DNA of 64,000 nt, from NCBI GenBank assembly GCA_024743275.1, contig JANSWW010000010.1, positions 145,728 to 209,727 on the forward strand, in the 5' to 3' direction. Within the stretch, counting starts at the first letter, position 1. Every line of letters begins with the position of its first letter. This stretch comes from Alphaproteobacteria bacterium. Lineage in GTDB: Bacteria > Pseudomonadota > Alphaproteobacteria > JANSWW01. The position numbers and the translations under genes are program-made. Shown piece by piece: positions 16,491 through 26,227 of the stretch. The notes beneath the pieces were generated by a model that saw nothing but the letters and a program-made list of their open reading frames with translations, searched no databases and was not told the origin of the DNA.

Positions 16491-17693
16491 TCAGACTGTC
16501 GTCGGGTCGGTCGGATCGACCCCAATCAACATGACCCCTCCCGAAATCAGGACGTCCGACCCCAGCTCGAAATCGGACACCTGAGGCGCCCCCGCCTCGA
16601 CCGCGGACAGATCGAAAACATCCGACCCCGCCCCACCGATGAGCAGATCGTCGCCGTCGACCACCACGAGAAGATCGTCGCCCGCGCCACCGAAAAGCGT
16701 GTCGGTGCCGGTGCCGCCATCAAGGCTGTCGTTGCCGGCCCCGCCGACCAGCACGTCATCGCCGCTTCCCCCAAGCAGCAGGTCGTCGCCCGCGCCCCCT
16801 AGGAGCAGGTCGTCCCCCGCCTCGCCAAACAGCACGTCGTCGCCGTCCAAGCCCTCCAACGTGTCGTCCCCGGCGCCGGCGAACATGCGGTCGTCGCCGC
16901 TGGTCCCGACCAGCTCGTCGGCTGCGTCCGTACCCCGTACACCATCCGGATCGGCGAGGATAGCGGCCCGCTCTTCCGGGCCGAGGTCCACCGCGGCCGG
17001 GCTTTGGGACAATTCCGCTTGAAGGTCGGCATCGCCTTCATCTTTGCCTGGGACCGACTTTTCCGGCGGCGCCGCGTCAACGGAGACCGATACCATCGAC
17101 GCATCCGAACCGGCAGGGTCCGCCCCGGGGAAGATTTCAATCCCCATGTCGTTGGCCTGCGTCAGGCCGAAAACGTCTTCGACCACATCGGCGGCCAACG
17201 GCAGATCGGCCTCGATCATGCGTTCGGCCAGCAGGTCGAGGTTCAGCGTCCCGTACTCTCCGACCAACTCCCAGGCCACAACAACCGTCGCGAGCCCGGT
17301 CGCGGTCGCGATGAAGTCGTCCATGGACAGGATGGTGGCCGTCTGGCGATTATCGGCCACCGGTGTCGCCATCTCGCTGCTCTGCATCAGGCCGCGGTCG
17401 GCCAGCACCGCGTCGACGATGCCCGCGATATCCCGCCCGTCGGTGAACCCATGGTCGTCGTCCCACGCGCCAAGCCTGCCGTCGATCCGGGAAATGTGGA
17501 TCATCGTCTCGCCGGTGGCGGGATGACTGACGGAGAACCAGGGATCGCCGTCCTCGGCGACGCCGAACCCGGCCTCGACTTCCGCGCCTTCTGACTGAAG
17601 ACTCGTGACGCAGCGAAGCAGATGCGCCTTCTCAATGACGTCCCAGCCGTCATCGTGAGCGTCGACCCGCGCAAAGGAACGAAGCTGGCCCAT
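16491..17693 (-). CDS. RTX-repeat protein with an uncharacterised N-terminal region and no ANPD module. T1SS substrate candidate.
   Basis: The C-terminal third consists of nonapeptides: GTSGDDRMFAGAGDDTLEGLDGDDVLFGEAGDDLLLGGAGDDLLLGGSGDDVLVGGAGNDSLDGG. It ends with the DFxxGSDVL...MLIGV block. The protein is acidic and has no signal peptide. Confidence 0.8.
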   Translation of the reverse strand: MGQLRSFARVDAHDDGWDVIEKAHLLRCVTSLQSEGAEVEAGFGVAEDGDPWFSVSHPATGETMIHISRIDGRLGAWDDDHGFTDGRDIAGIVDAVLADRGLMQSSEMATPVADNRQTATILSMDDFIATATGLATVVVAWELVGEYGTLNLDLLAERMIEADLPLAADVVEDVFGLTQANDMGIEIFPGADPAGSDASMVSVSVDAAPPEKSVPGKDEGDADLQAELSQSPAAVDLGPEERAAILADPDGVRGTDAADELVGTSGDDRMFAGAGDDTLEGLDGDDVLFGEAGDDLLLGGAGDDLLLGGSGDDVLVGGAGNDSLDGGTGTDTLFGGAGDDLLVVVDGDDLLIGGAGSDVFDLSAVEAGAPQVSDFELGSDVLISGGVMLIGVDPTDPTTV

Positions 17694-17745
17694 CGGTCGT
17701 TTTACCGCCCGTCACTCGGATCAAAATCGTTCATGACCGGCCCCA

Positions 17746-18075
17746 TCAACCGGCCCGCTCACCGCGGCCCGCGGCGATGCCGTCCTCGAACAAGACCTCA
17801 TAGGTCAAAGGATCGTAAAACGCCATCAGATGTTTGACGAAATCTCTCGGCTCGATCCCGATGGCGGCGGCCCACGCGCGATAGCTCTCCGGCGGGACAC
17901 GGCCCCGGCCGCTCTCGATCTGGGAGATGAAGGTGTAGTATTCGAAGCCGACCGCCTTGGCCAAATCCTTCTGGGTCAGCCCGGCGGCTTCCCGCTTGGC
18001 CTTCAGCCACGCGCCGGCCTCCCGCCGGAGCCGCTTGGCCCACTCGCCGCCATTGGATTGCGGATGCGTGTACAT
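17746..18075 (-). CDS. XRE-family helix-turn-helix transcriptional regulator.
   Basis: HTH segment AGLTQKDLAKAVGFEYYTFISQIESGRGRVP. The likely start is the ATG at 18075; the ORF track extends to 18144. Confidence 0.75.
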   Translation of the reverse strand: MYTHPQSNGGEWAKRLRREAGAWLKAKREAAGLTQKDLAKAVGFEYYTFISQIESGRGRVPPESYRAWAAAIGIEPRDFVKHLMAFYDPLTYEVLFEDGIAAGRGERAG

Positions 18076-18417
18076 GGCGACCAACCACCTATTCCAAAAA
18101 CCGTTACTGACCCGCCCATCCAAAAAGGATGAACATAGCCACAAGGGATCGTAAAGCCTCTAAAGGCAGGAAGGCGCGATCCGCCATCCCACTCCTCCAT
18201 GAGAATTTATGCGGTTTTCGGGCACCCTTGTCAACTTTGTCACGTGCAAAAATTCGTGTGCCTGTTACTGTACAGCCTGAAACCACCGACCATGGAGGGC
18301 TTGCGGCGCGATCTGGAATAGCCGTAACTCTGCACTGCAACATATGCTATCAGGGCACGGGAATTGCTTTGGGACTTGCTCAACGAATCTCTCGCTCGCC
18401 AGCCGAACAGGAAAGTC

Positions 18418-19443
18418 ATGCCGGATTGCCCCCTGCGGATCTTGGTCACGATCGCGCACTATTATCGACCGGACCGGAAAGGCCAGTATGGTTCCACCGG
18501 CAAGGCGATCCAGCCCCGTATCGACGGTCTGGAAGCGACGATCAGCGCCCTTCACCAGAATTTCGGCCCAAGCCAAGGCTGTCTTCATCACACCGGCCGC
18601 GATACCCATCCATCGAATGATGCCCGCTTCGCGAAACTCGACGTGGTTGTTTGTGTCTCCGGCAACGAGCATGTCCTAAGCAAAATAAAATTGCCGCATT
18701 GGTCCCTCAAAGCTTTCCAAACCGCAATGGATCCGCTCAAGATCGGATATGGCTGCCATCGATTTTTAAAAGAGAGTCTGGGACTCTACGACTTCTATTG
18801 TTTTCTCGAAGACGATATCGTTATCAACGACGTCGATTTTTTTGAAAAGATCCGGTGGTTCAATGAGGAATTCGGAAACGACGCCTTGCTGCAACCCAAC
18901 CGATACGAAGTGTCCATGACCAAAGAGCCCTGTAAAGTCTATGTCGATGGCGGCATGCGGCCGAGCCGCACCATGGACCAGCAGGACATCAACGATGCGC
19001 CGGTGCTCCGGGGACGCTGCTACAACCGGCCGATCGTTTTCAGGCGGGCCATCAATCCCCATTCCGGATGTTTCTTTTTGAACCAGACGCAGATGGAGAA
19101 ATTCGTCGCGGCACCGCATTTCATGGACCTCAGCGACGACTTCATCGGTCCGCTGGAAAGCGCGGCGACGCGCGGCATTATGAAGAGTTTCAAGGTCTAC
19201 AAACCGGCCCAGGAGAACGCGTCTTTCCTCGAGGTGAAACACCACCAATCACGGTATCAGCAAATGATCGGCAATGCGTTCGGGCACACGCCCGGCATGG
19301 CCGACCGCCTCGCCCTGACCCATGGGCCAATCGCGGCGCTCCAAGCCGGCGGAATCAAGCCGGACCCGCGTTCAACGCACAACCGCTCGACGCATCGCGG
19401 CAGATATCTGGTCGATGATTTGCCGTCGACGGATCAGCAATAG
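18418..19443 (+). CDS. Hypothetical protein at the edge of the glycan locus. Possibly a GT-A-like enzyme, but this is weak.
   Basis: The ATG at 18418 is preceded by AGGAAA; the ORF track starts at TTG 18364. The acidic motif FLEDDIV could be DxD-like. No confident family assignment. Confidence 0.55.
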   Translation: MPDCPLRILVTIAHYYRPDRKGQYGSTGKAIQPRIDGLEATISALHQNFGPSQGCLHHTGRDTHPSNDARFAKLDVVVCVSGNEHVLSKIKLPHWSLKAFQTAMDPLKIGYGCHRFLKESLGLYDFYCFLEDDIVINDVDFFEKIRWFNEEFGNDALLQPNRYEVSMTKEPCKVYVDGGMRPSRTMDQQDINDAPVLRGRCYNRPIVFRRAINPHSGCFFLNQTQMEKFVAAPHFMDLSDDFIGPLESAATRGIMKSFKVYKPAQENASFLEVKHHQSRYQQMIGNAFGHTPGMADRLALTHGPIAALQAGGIKPDPRSTHNRSTHRGRYLVDDLPSTDQQ

Positions 19444-19485
19444 GGCCGTGGAGAATCGAAACCGCATGACCGCTAGGAACAGATA

Positions 19486-21444
19486 ATGCGAAAGCCATTT
19501 ATGCTAGAATCGCTGAGCACCTTGCGGAAAAGGAATCTGCTGATTTTCGGCCACGACCTCCTGGTCGCGGCGGTGGCTCTCTTGCTATCCCTGGCCCTCA
19601 GGCTCGGAGTCGACGTTGTTGACTACGATTTAAGCCGGTTCGCTTATTGGACACTGATCTTCCTTCCGATTTGCGCCGCCGTTTTTTGGGCCCTGGGCAC
19701 ACATAAGGTCGTCTGGCGCTATACGTCGCTATCGGACGTCATCACGCTGGCGCAGGCGGTCGCGCTTACCAATCTATTGTTTCTCCTCGCGATATTCCTA
19801 CTCAACCGGTTGGATTTGTTTCCCCGCAGCACCCCCTTGATCAACGCCTTCGTCATGACCGCGCTCCTGATCGGCCCGCGAATCATGTATCGCACGATGA
19901 AGGATTGGCATGTTCAGAAGAAAGGCACCCGGTCGGAGGAACAGCTCGAACCTGTCCTTCTGGTCGGTGCCGGAAACGAGGCGGACGTCTTCCTGCGAGA
20001 GATCTCGCGGCTTAAATACCCGACCTATCGGGCGGTCGGCATCGTCGATATGCACGAAAGCCGAGTGGGCCGATCGATCCGCGGCGTTCGCGTCATGGGA
20101 ATCATCGACGCTCTACCGGACGTGATCGCCCGGTTAACCGAGAAAGGCGACCGGCCAAAGCTCATCATCCTCACCGGCCGATCGACCCACCCCGCGATCG
20201 TCCAGAAGCTTCTGGAGTTTTCCGGCGAACTCGGCATCGAGATCGCCCATCTTCCGAAGATCACCGAGGTCAAGGGCGAGGTGAGCGCCAAGGTCGCCGT
20301 GCGGCCAATCGACGTCGAAAGCCTGCTGGGGCGGCCGCGCTCCAATCTCGACCGCCGAGCGGTCGCGCAATTGATTTGCGGCCGCCGCATCCTGGTGACC
20401 GGCGCCGGCGGAACGATCGGATCCGAACTGTGCCGCAAGATCTGTGAACTGGGGCCGGCTCACATCACATTGCTCGACAGCTCCGAGTACCAACTCTATC
20501 GCATCGATCTCGAGCTGTTCGAGGAGTATCCGCAAGTGTCCCGACGGGTGGCGCTTGGCGATGTGCGCAGCAGGCCGACCCTGCTGCGCCTGTTCGAAGA
20601 GGAGCAGCCCCAAATCGTCTTTCACGCGGCGGCGATGAAACATGTTCCGATGGTCGAGGCCAATCCGAACGAGGCGATCACGATCAATGTGACAGGCACC
20701 AAGAATGTCGCCGATATCAGTCGTGAAATGGGCGTGGACACCATGATTTGCATTTCGACGGACAAGGCGATCAACCCGACCAGCGTGATGGGCGCCACGA
20801 AACGCCTTGCCGAGCAGTATTGCCAGTCCCTAGACGTTCTGCCGCCCGAGCGCTCCCAGACCCGCTTCATCACCGTCCGCTTCGGCAATGTGCTGGGGTC
20901 GACGGGATCGGTGGTACAATTGTTCCAACGCCAGCTCATGCGGGGCGGGCCGTTGACGGTGACCGACCCGGCGATGAAGCGCTACTTCCTCACCGTCGGC
21001 GAGGCCATCGATCTCGTGCTCCACGCCTGCACGCTGAAAGACCGGTCCCTGCAGCATACGGGCGCCATCGTGGTGTTGGACATGGGCGAGCCGATCAAGA
21101 TCCTGGATCTGGCGCAGCAGATGATCCGCCTCGCCGGCCTTCGACCGGACCAGGACATCCGGATCGTTTTCACCGGCCCCCGTCCCGGTGAAAAGCTGCA
21201 CGAAGAATTGTTCTATGCGAACGAGCAGCTCGACAACACGACCTTCGAGGGGATCATGGTGGCGCACCCCCACACCGCCGATCATCAGGTGCTGGCCCGC
21301 GCCCTGAACGAGCTGGACGAGCATGCCCGCGCCCACAACACGGAACGCAGCCTTGATCTGATCTGCCGTCTGGTGCCGGGCTATCGCGTGGGCGGCCAAC
21401 AAGAGGCGTCGCCGTCGCCGGAGCGTGTCAGCGGAGACGACTGA
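19486..21444 (+). CDS. Membrane-anchored polysaccharide biosynthesis protein of the CapD/PglF/WbpM type (UDP-N-acetylglucosamine 4,6-dehydratase family).
   Basis: 652 aa. The N-terminus is hydrophobic with several transmembrane-like segments. SDR motifs ILVTGAGGTIGSEL and STDKAINPTSVMGATKRLAE are present. Confidence 0.9.
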   Translation: MRKPFMLESLSTLRKRNLLIFGHDLLVAAVALLLSLALRLGVDVVDYDLSRFAYWTLIFLPICAAVFWALGTHKVVWRYTSLSDVITLAQAVALTNLLFLLAIFLLNRLDLFPRSTPLINAFVMTALLIGPRIMYRTMKDWHVQKKGTRSEEQLEPVLLVGAGNEADVFLREISRLKYPTYRAVGIVDMHESRVGRSIRGVRVMGIIDALPDVIARLTEKGDRPKLIILTGRSTHPAIVQKLLEFSGELGIEIAHLPKITEVKGEVSAKVAVRPIDVESLLGRPRSNLDRRAVAQLICGRRILVTGAGGTIGSELCRKICELGPAHITLLDSSEYQLYRIDLELFEEYPQVSRRVALGDVRSRPTLLRLFEEEQPQIVFHAAAMKHVPMVEANPNEAITINVTGTKNVADISREMGVDTMICISTDKAINPTSVMGATKRLAEQYCQSLDVLPPERSQTRFITVRFGNVLGSTGSVVQLFQRQLMRGGPLTVTDPAMKRYFLTVGEAIDLVLHACTLKDRSLQHTGAIVVLDMGEPIKILDLAQQMIRLAGLRPDQDIRIVFTGPRPGEKLHEELFYANEQLDNTTFEGIMVAHPHTADHQVLARALNELDEHARAHNTERSLDLICRLVPGYRVGGQQEASPSPERVSGDD

Positions 21445-21486
21445 CACCCGAAACACTCCGAGACTTGGTCGAAAAACAGTCCCGTC

Positions 21487-22311
21487 TCAGCTATTGCACC
21501 AAACGCTTTGAAGGGACGCCAATATCGTGAAGGGCATTTTACGGCCTCCGAAGTACTCGTCCCATGCATATCGCGCGCCCGGAAACATCTCACTTGAATA
21601 GTCGTCGCAAACGATAATGCCGCCGTCGACCATTCTCGGGACGAAATACTCAAGGGCGACCCGTGTCGGTTCATAGAGATCGAGGTCGATATGAACGAAG
21701 GAAAATCGCAGGTCGTCAGATTGCGCCGATAACGTCTCCTCGACCGGCCCCTTGATGATCTGGACTTCCGGAAAATCCGCTAGGTTCTCGCGCAGGGTCT
21801 CGACCGACGTTTCGGTGAAGATATTGCGGCCGATTTCTGAGCGGACCTGAAAATCCTCGACCAGGGAGACGACGTAGTCCATGGGCGTATAATCGCCGAA
21901 TCCCCCGAAGGTATCGAACAAATACATCCCGGACCCGTTCTCGTTGCGCCCGAGATGGTTGGCCATTTCGAGAATGATCCGCGCCGACGCCCCCCGCCAG
22001 ACGCCACATTCGGCCACGTTCCCAACCGGCGTCTGTCGGAGCAACAAAGCCAGATTCTCAAGGGCCTGATATCGAATTTGGACCTTGGATCCGGTGACAC
22101 CCGATCCAGTCCGAGCCAATGCTTGGGATATCCTCTTGCCAATCGGGAACCCCTCGATCTTCTTCGCGGTGAACATGCGCTCCGCGATGTCGTAGCTGTG
22201 TTCCCCCGCCGCAAATTCTTTGGCGGCGGCATTCGCGCGAACCCGCGCGGTATGCGCCTTTTTCAGATTCTCCTTCGCTGTCGACATTGACTTCCGATCA
22301 ATCCTTCCCAA
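21487..22311 (-). CDS. Class I SAM-dependent O-methyltransferase of the TylF/MycF (macrocin O-methyltransferase) family.
   Basis: Motifs ECGVWRGASARIIL and HIDLDLYEPTRVALEYFVPRMVDGGIIVCDDY. An alternative start lies at the ATG at 22287. Confidence 0.8.
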   Translation of the reverse strand: MGRIDRKSMSTAKENLKKAHTARVRANAAAKEFAAGEHSYDIAERMFTAKKIEGFPIGKRISQALARTGSGVTGSKVQIRYQALENLALLLRQTPVGNVAECGVWRGASARIILEMANHLGRNENGSGMYLFDTFGGFGDYTPMDYVVSLVEDFQVRSEIGRNIFTETSVETLRENLADFPEVQIIKGPVEETLSAQSDDLRFSFVHIDLDLYEPTRVALEYFVPRMVDGGIIVCDDYSSEMFPGARYAWDEYFGGRKMPFTILASLQSVWCNS

Positions 22312-22335
22312 ACGCCGCCACCACCCCGGAGGCGC

Positions 22336-23967
22336 CTACAAATAGGTGCAGCTGTTGCACGGGGCCGCCGCATTGGTTCGACTGCGGATCTTCTCCCGCA
22401 AGGCTCTGAGGCGCGGCTGATTATAGATATCGAGAACACTCTGCTCCTTCACGTCGCCGACGGGCCATTCCCCATGGCCGTCCATGCAGCAGAGCGCCAC
22501 CTCGCCGGTCGACGTTATCGAGACTTCGAACCATCGTTTGCAGGGCAAAGCGGGGACCGATTGCGCGGTGGTGTCCGTCGCGACCTGGGAAATCCAGTCA
22601 TTCCGGGGTGCCACCATGCGTGAAAGATCGGGGAAATTGTCTTTACAGAATGCGAGGAATTCGTCGTCCGCCGACGTCCCGTCCGAAATCCGCGAGACCG
22701 TGGCTGTAAAGCCGGTATCGTGTCCGCGCATAAAAGACTGAAGCGTTTTCAGGCGATCGATCGTCCGTCCGAATGGGATTTTCATCAGGTCTTCATATAC
22801 ATCGGGACGGTGGTCATTCAGCGATACCGTGATTTTTCGAACGTTCCTTAGCGCCGCCAGCTCGTGAAGCTTCTTTTCCGTCATCGCCGATCCGTTGGTA
22901 ATCAGGCTGACACTAGCATTTGGAACCTTTTCTTGGATCAGCCGGATGATCCAAATCAAGCGTTTCTCGAGAAACGGATCACTCACCTTGTAGGGGGCGA
23001 TTTGAATGGGGATGTCACTAGGAATCTGAGAGAGATCGTCGACGATCTTCTCGATCAGCGAATCGGGCATTCGAACCCCGATACGGTCGAGCTGTGAGTA
23101 TGGGCAGAAAGTGCAGTCGGCATTACAGGCGGTAATCGTTTCAAGATGAACAAAGTGTGGATACTCAAGATATTTCTTCCGCGTTCTCAGAATATGCTTC
23201 ACTGCCACACCGTGCCGGGTCAGGAATGACGAGAACCCGGGCCCGGGGTTACGGTCTAGCGGAATATTCTGGTGCTCCGCAAATTCAATCGGTGCTGTCA
23301 AACTATTCACAAGAAAATCATGGCCGTATACCGAGTCTGCGGGAACCTCAATATCCTTTAAGACTTTTGAGAAATACTCCATCCAATACAGATATTCCTT
23401 GAAATTGTATTTCGAGAATATTTCCCAGAAGGCGGAGAATGCTGCCGCCATGTTTTTCTGAAAATACTCACCCGATCTAAATATCTCTTCGAATATTTTA
23501 ATAGAACTATTAAACGGCACAAGATCAGATGTAAAAATAGTCTCCGTATTCAGCGCCAAACTGCGAATGAAGACGTTGTAAGCTAAAGGCTTATACTCTG
23601 AAGACAACTCATCGCTCAATATCGCCAAGGCGGAATATCCGAAAGCCTTCGAGGAGTTTTGCCGCACCAACTCCGCCCGCGCCGCGGCAAGGCATATCAC
23701 CGGATCCGAGATCGGGCCAAGCTTGCCCAGAAACTTCAGAAGTTTATCGGGTTCCTTTTTACTGATCGCCAAGAGCGCATTGAGGATTTGGGTGTCGGCC
23801 GCCTCTATCCCATGGACCTTGATACGTTTTTCCAATAGCTCGAAGAACGCGTCCATTCGGTCCGCCTGGAACAAAAGAGCGAGGCGGTTGCGGTCGTCCG
23901 ATGCGACATCGGCCGGGCGTCGCCGCGCGGTCGGTGACTCGGTCTCTTTGGCGCTGTCCTCGGTCAT
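22336..23967 (-). CDS. Radical SAM protein with a SPASM-like C-terminal Cys cluster and a roughly 260-aa N-terminal extension of unknown function.
   Basis: CxxxCxxC motif in ITACNADCTFCPY. C-terminal cysteines are in CKRW...ALCCMDGHGEW...CNSCTY. The 5' half of the gene is visibly AT-richer than the surrounding DNA. Confidence 0.85.
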   Translation of the reverse strand: MTEDSAKETESPTARRRPADVASDDRNRLALLFQADRMDAFFELLEKRIKVHGIEAADTQILNALLAISKKEPDKLLKFLGKLGPISDPVICLAAARAELVRQNSSKAFGYSALAILSDELSSEYKPLAYNVFIRSLALNTETIFTSDLVPFNSSIKIFEEIFRSGEYFQKNMAAAFSAFWEIFSKYNFKEYLYWMEYFSKVLKDIEVPADSVYGHDFLVNSLTAPIEFAEHQNIPLDRNPGPGFSSFLTRHGVAVKHILRTRKKYLEYPHFVHLETITACNADCTFCPYSQLDRIGVRMPDSLIEKIVDDLSQIPSDIPIQIAPYKVSDPFLEKRLIWIIRLIQEKVPNASVSLITNGSAMTEKKLHELAALRNVRKITVSLNDHRPDVYEDLMKIPFGRTIDRLKTLQSFMRGHDTGFTATVSRISDGTSADDEFLAFCKDNFPDLSRMVAPRNDWISQVATDTTAQSVPALPCKRWFEVSITSTGEVALCCMDGHGEWPVGDVKEQSVLDIYNQPRLRALREKIRSRTNAAAPCNSCTYL

Positions 23968-23994
23968 CGGCGGAGCTTCTTGACTGGTGTTTTC

Positions 23995-24981
23995 TCAATC
24001 CGGGCGGAAATAGGTTCGGTACCACTCTACGAAACGCGGCAGCCCTTCGGCAATTCCAGTACTTGGACTGAAACCGAAAGCCGATTGCGTCGCCCCGATG
24101 TCAGCCCAGGTCGCCTCGACGTCGCCGGGTTGCATAGGGGCATACTCGACGACCGCTTTTCGGCCGATCGATTCTTCCAGAACCGATAGGAAATCCATAA
24201 GACGCTCGGATCGGTTGTTGCCGAGATTGTAGATCGCATGCGGCACGCCGGCCTTGTCCGGCAGAGGCGGCTGACCGAGGCTCGCGCGCAGACCGGCGAC
24301 GATATCGTCGATATAGGTGAAATCCCGCCGCATCTCGCCCCGATTGAACAGTCTGACGGGGCGACCCTCGAAGATCGCCTTGGTGAACAGGAAATAGGCC
24401 ATGTCCGGCCGTCCCCAGGCGCCATAAACCGTGAAGAATCGAAAACCAGTCGTCGGAATCCCGTAGAGACCGGCATAGCTATGGGCCATCACCTCGTTGG
24501 ACTTCTTGGTGGCTCCATAAAACGACCGCGGCGCGTCCGTTCTCTGATCCACGGAGAACGGCATTTCGCGATTGTAGCCGTACACCGACGATGAACTGGC
24601 ATAGATCAGGTGCTCCAGTTCCGGGGCGTTGCGTGCGACCTCAAGCACCGCAAGCATGCCGGTAAGATTGGCGGCGACATAGTCGAACGGGGCATCGATC
24701 GAATGACGCACGCCGGCCTGGGCCGCGAGGTGGACGATCGTCGACACACCCCGCATCCGTCCCAGAAGAGACGAAACGGCGGTGGGACCGTCGCCCAGGT
24801 CGAGATGCAGGAACTCGAAGCTTGGATAGGACTGCAACAGGGCAAGCCGGTCGCGCTTCAATTGGACATCGTAATAACTGTTGAGGGAGTCGACCCCGAT
24901 CACCGGCTCTCCGTCGTCAAGCAGACTCCGGCTGAGATGGAATCCGATGAAACCCGCCGCTCCAGTAATCAGAATCGCCAT
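23995..24981 (-). CDS. NAD-dependent epimerase/dehydratase, resembling UDP-glucuronate 4-epimerase.
   Basis: N-terminal sequence MAILITGAAGFIGFHL...DSLNSYYDVQLK and a YxxxK motif in YGATKKSNE. 328 aa. Confidence 0.85.
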   Translation of the reverse strand: MAILITGAAGFIGFHLSRSLLDDGEPVIGVDSLNSYYDVQLKRDRLALLQSYPSFEFLHLDLGDGPTAVSSLLGRMRGVSTIVHLAAQAGVRHSIDAPFDYVAANLTGMLAVLEVARNAPELEHLIYASSSSVYGYNREMPFSVDQRTDAPRSFYGATKKSNEVMAHSYAGLYGIPTTGFRFFTVYGAWGRPDMAYFLFTKAIFEGRPVRLFNRGEMRRDFTYIDDIVAGLRASLGQPPLPDKAGVPHAIYNLGNNRSERLMDFLSVLEESIGRKAVVEYAPMQPGDVEATWADIGATQSAFGFSPSTGIAEGLPRFVEWYRTYFRPD

Positions 24982-25005
24982 CTGCGCCTCTTCACGTCCC
25001 CCTGG

Positions 25006-26214
25006 CTATGCCGGGCCACCGCCATCAGACTTTTCGATGAAAGCCGTTTGCCGGGGAATGACTACGCGATTTAGGTCGAGGGTGGTAGCGGCATTCTCAC
25101 GGGCGCACTGTTTCAACGCCTCCCTCTTCTGAGCATCCGACAGCAATTCCAAAGTCGCTTCGGCCATCGTCTCCGGGTCACGGGAGTCGAGCGGTTCGGC
25201 CGCCCCGACGCCCACAAAGTCGTCATATGGCCCGCTGGTGGACGCCAGGACCGCACATCCGGAGGCGAGGACCTCCTGAATGGTATCGGGCTGCGCGACC
25301 GGATCGCTCAGGCACAGCATGCATTGGCTGACGCCATAGACGGCCTGGCGCAAATCGCGCGCCGGCATACCGACGAAATGCACCCGTTCCCAATCGACGA
25401 CGGTCTCCAGTTCTTCGTAAAGGGCTTGGCGATAGGTTTGATCCCGGAGCCATCGACCGACCGTCACGTTGTCGCCCCCCGCAACGACAACATGGACCTC
25501 TGGACGGCGCTTCTGGAGTTCCGGGACCATACGCATGAAATCGGGAAACCGGCGACAGGGCTCCAAATGAGGCACGACATACCCAACCACCGCGTCCCCA
25601 GCTTTCAGTTGTCCGCCGTCCGGAAGCGGCAGAACCGCCGTCGGATTCGGCTTGAAGGCCTCGGTGTCGACACCGTGGGGAATGATGTCGATAAGATCGT
25701 GAAAAGGGCGCGGAAAGCACCGGCGTTCGAATTGGCTGCCGGCGAAAGCGCCGTCGCAAGCCTCCAAAGTCAATAGGGAAGGCGCACCGGTAACGATTGC
25801 CTCGATACGGTCGTCGATGGAGATGTCCGGCATGTCACTCGGAATACCGGGCAGAGGAAACAAGCCTACCAGTATCCGCGCGGCGGGGAAGACGTCGCGC
25901 ATCAGCATCAATTCGCCACGGTGATCCGATCCGAAGACCACGTCCGGTAGCCAGCCATCCTGACGGAGCCTCTTGGCCGCCCCGGCGGCCTCCATCGCGA
26001 ACCCGAAGGCCCGGACCATCCCTCGCATCAAGTGAAGAACGTCCCGCTTCGCCTCATCCGACAAGGGATAGGTTTCCACCCTGATGGTCGGGGGAAACCG
26101 AAGCGCCTGCTGCGCATGCGTGATGATCGCAACGTCGTGACCCCTCCGGTTCAGCGCTCGTGTCAACGGCAGGAAGCGCCCCAGAGCATCCTGGGCAACG
26201 ATCAGAATCCGCAT
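25006..26214 (-). CDS. Glycosyltransferase, GT-B fold, family 4-like.
   Basis: Starts MRILIVAQD at the ATG at 26214. The C-terminal half has a typical GT4 layout (VVAGGDN...FVGM...LSDP...EVLASGCAV). The ORF track start at 26253 would overlap the upstream gene. Confidence 0.75.
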   Translation of the reverse strand: MRILIVAQDALGRFLPLTRALNRRGHDVAIITHAQQALRFPPTIRVETYPLSDEAKRDVLHLMRGMVRAFGFAMEAAGAAKRLRQDGWLPDVVFGSDHRGELMLMRDVFPAARILVGLFPLPGIPSDMPDISIDDRIEAIVTGAPSLLTLEACDGAFAGSQFERRCFPRPFHDLIDIIPHGVDTEAFKPNPTAVLPLPDGGQLKAGDAVVGYVVPHLEPCRRFPDFMRMVPELQKRRPEVHVVVAGGDNVTVGRWLRDQTYRQALYEELETVVDWERVHFVGMPARDLRQAVYGVSQCMLCLSDPVAQPDTIQEVLASGCAVLASTSGPYDDFVGVGAAEPLDSRDPETMAEATLELLSDAQKREALKQCARENAATTLDLNRVVIPRQTAFIEKSDGGGPA

Positions 26215-26227
26215 GCCATGGGCTCGT

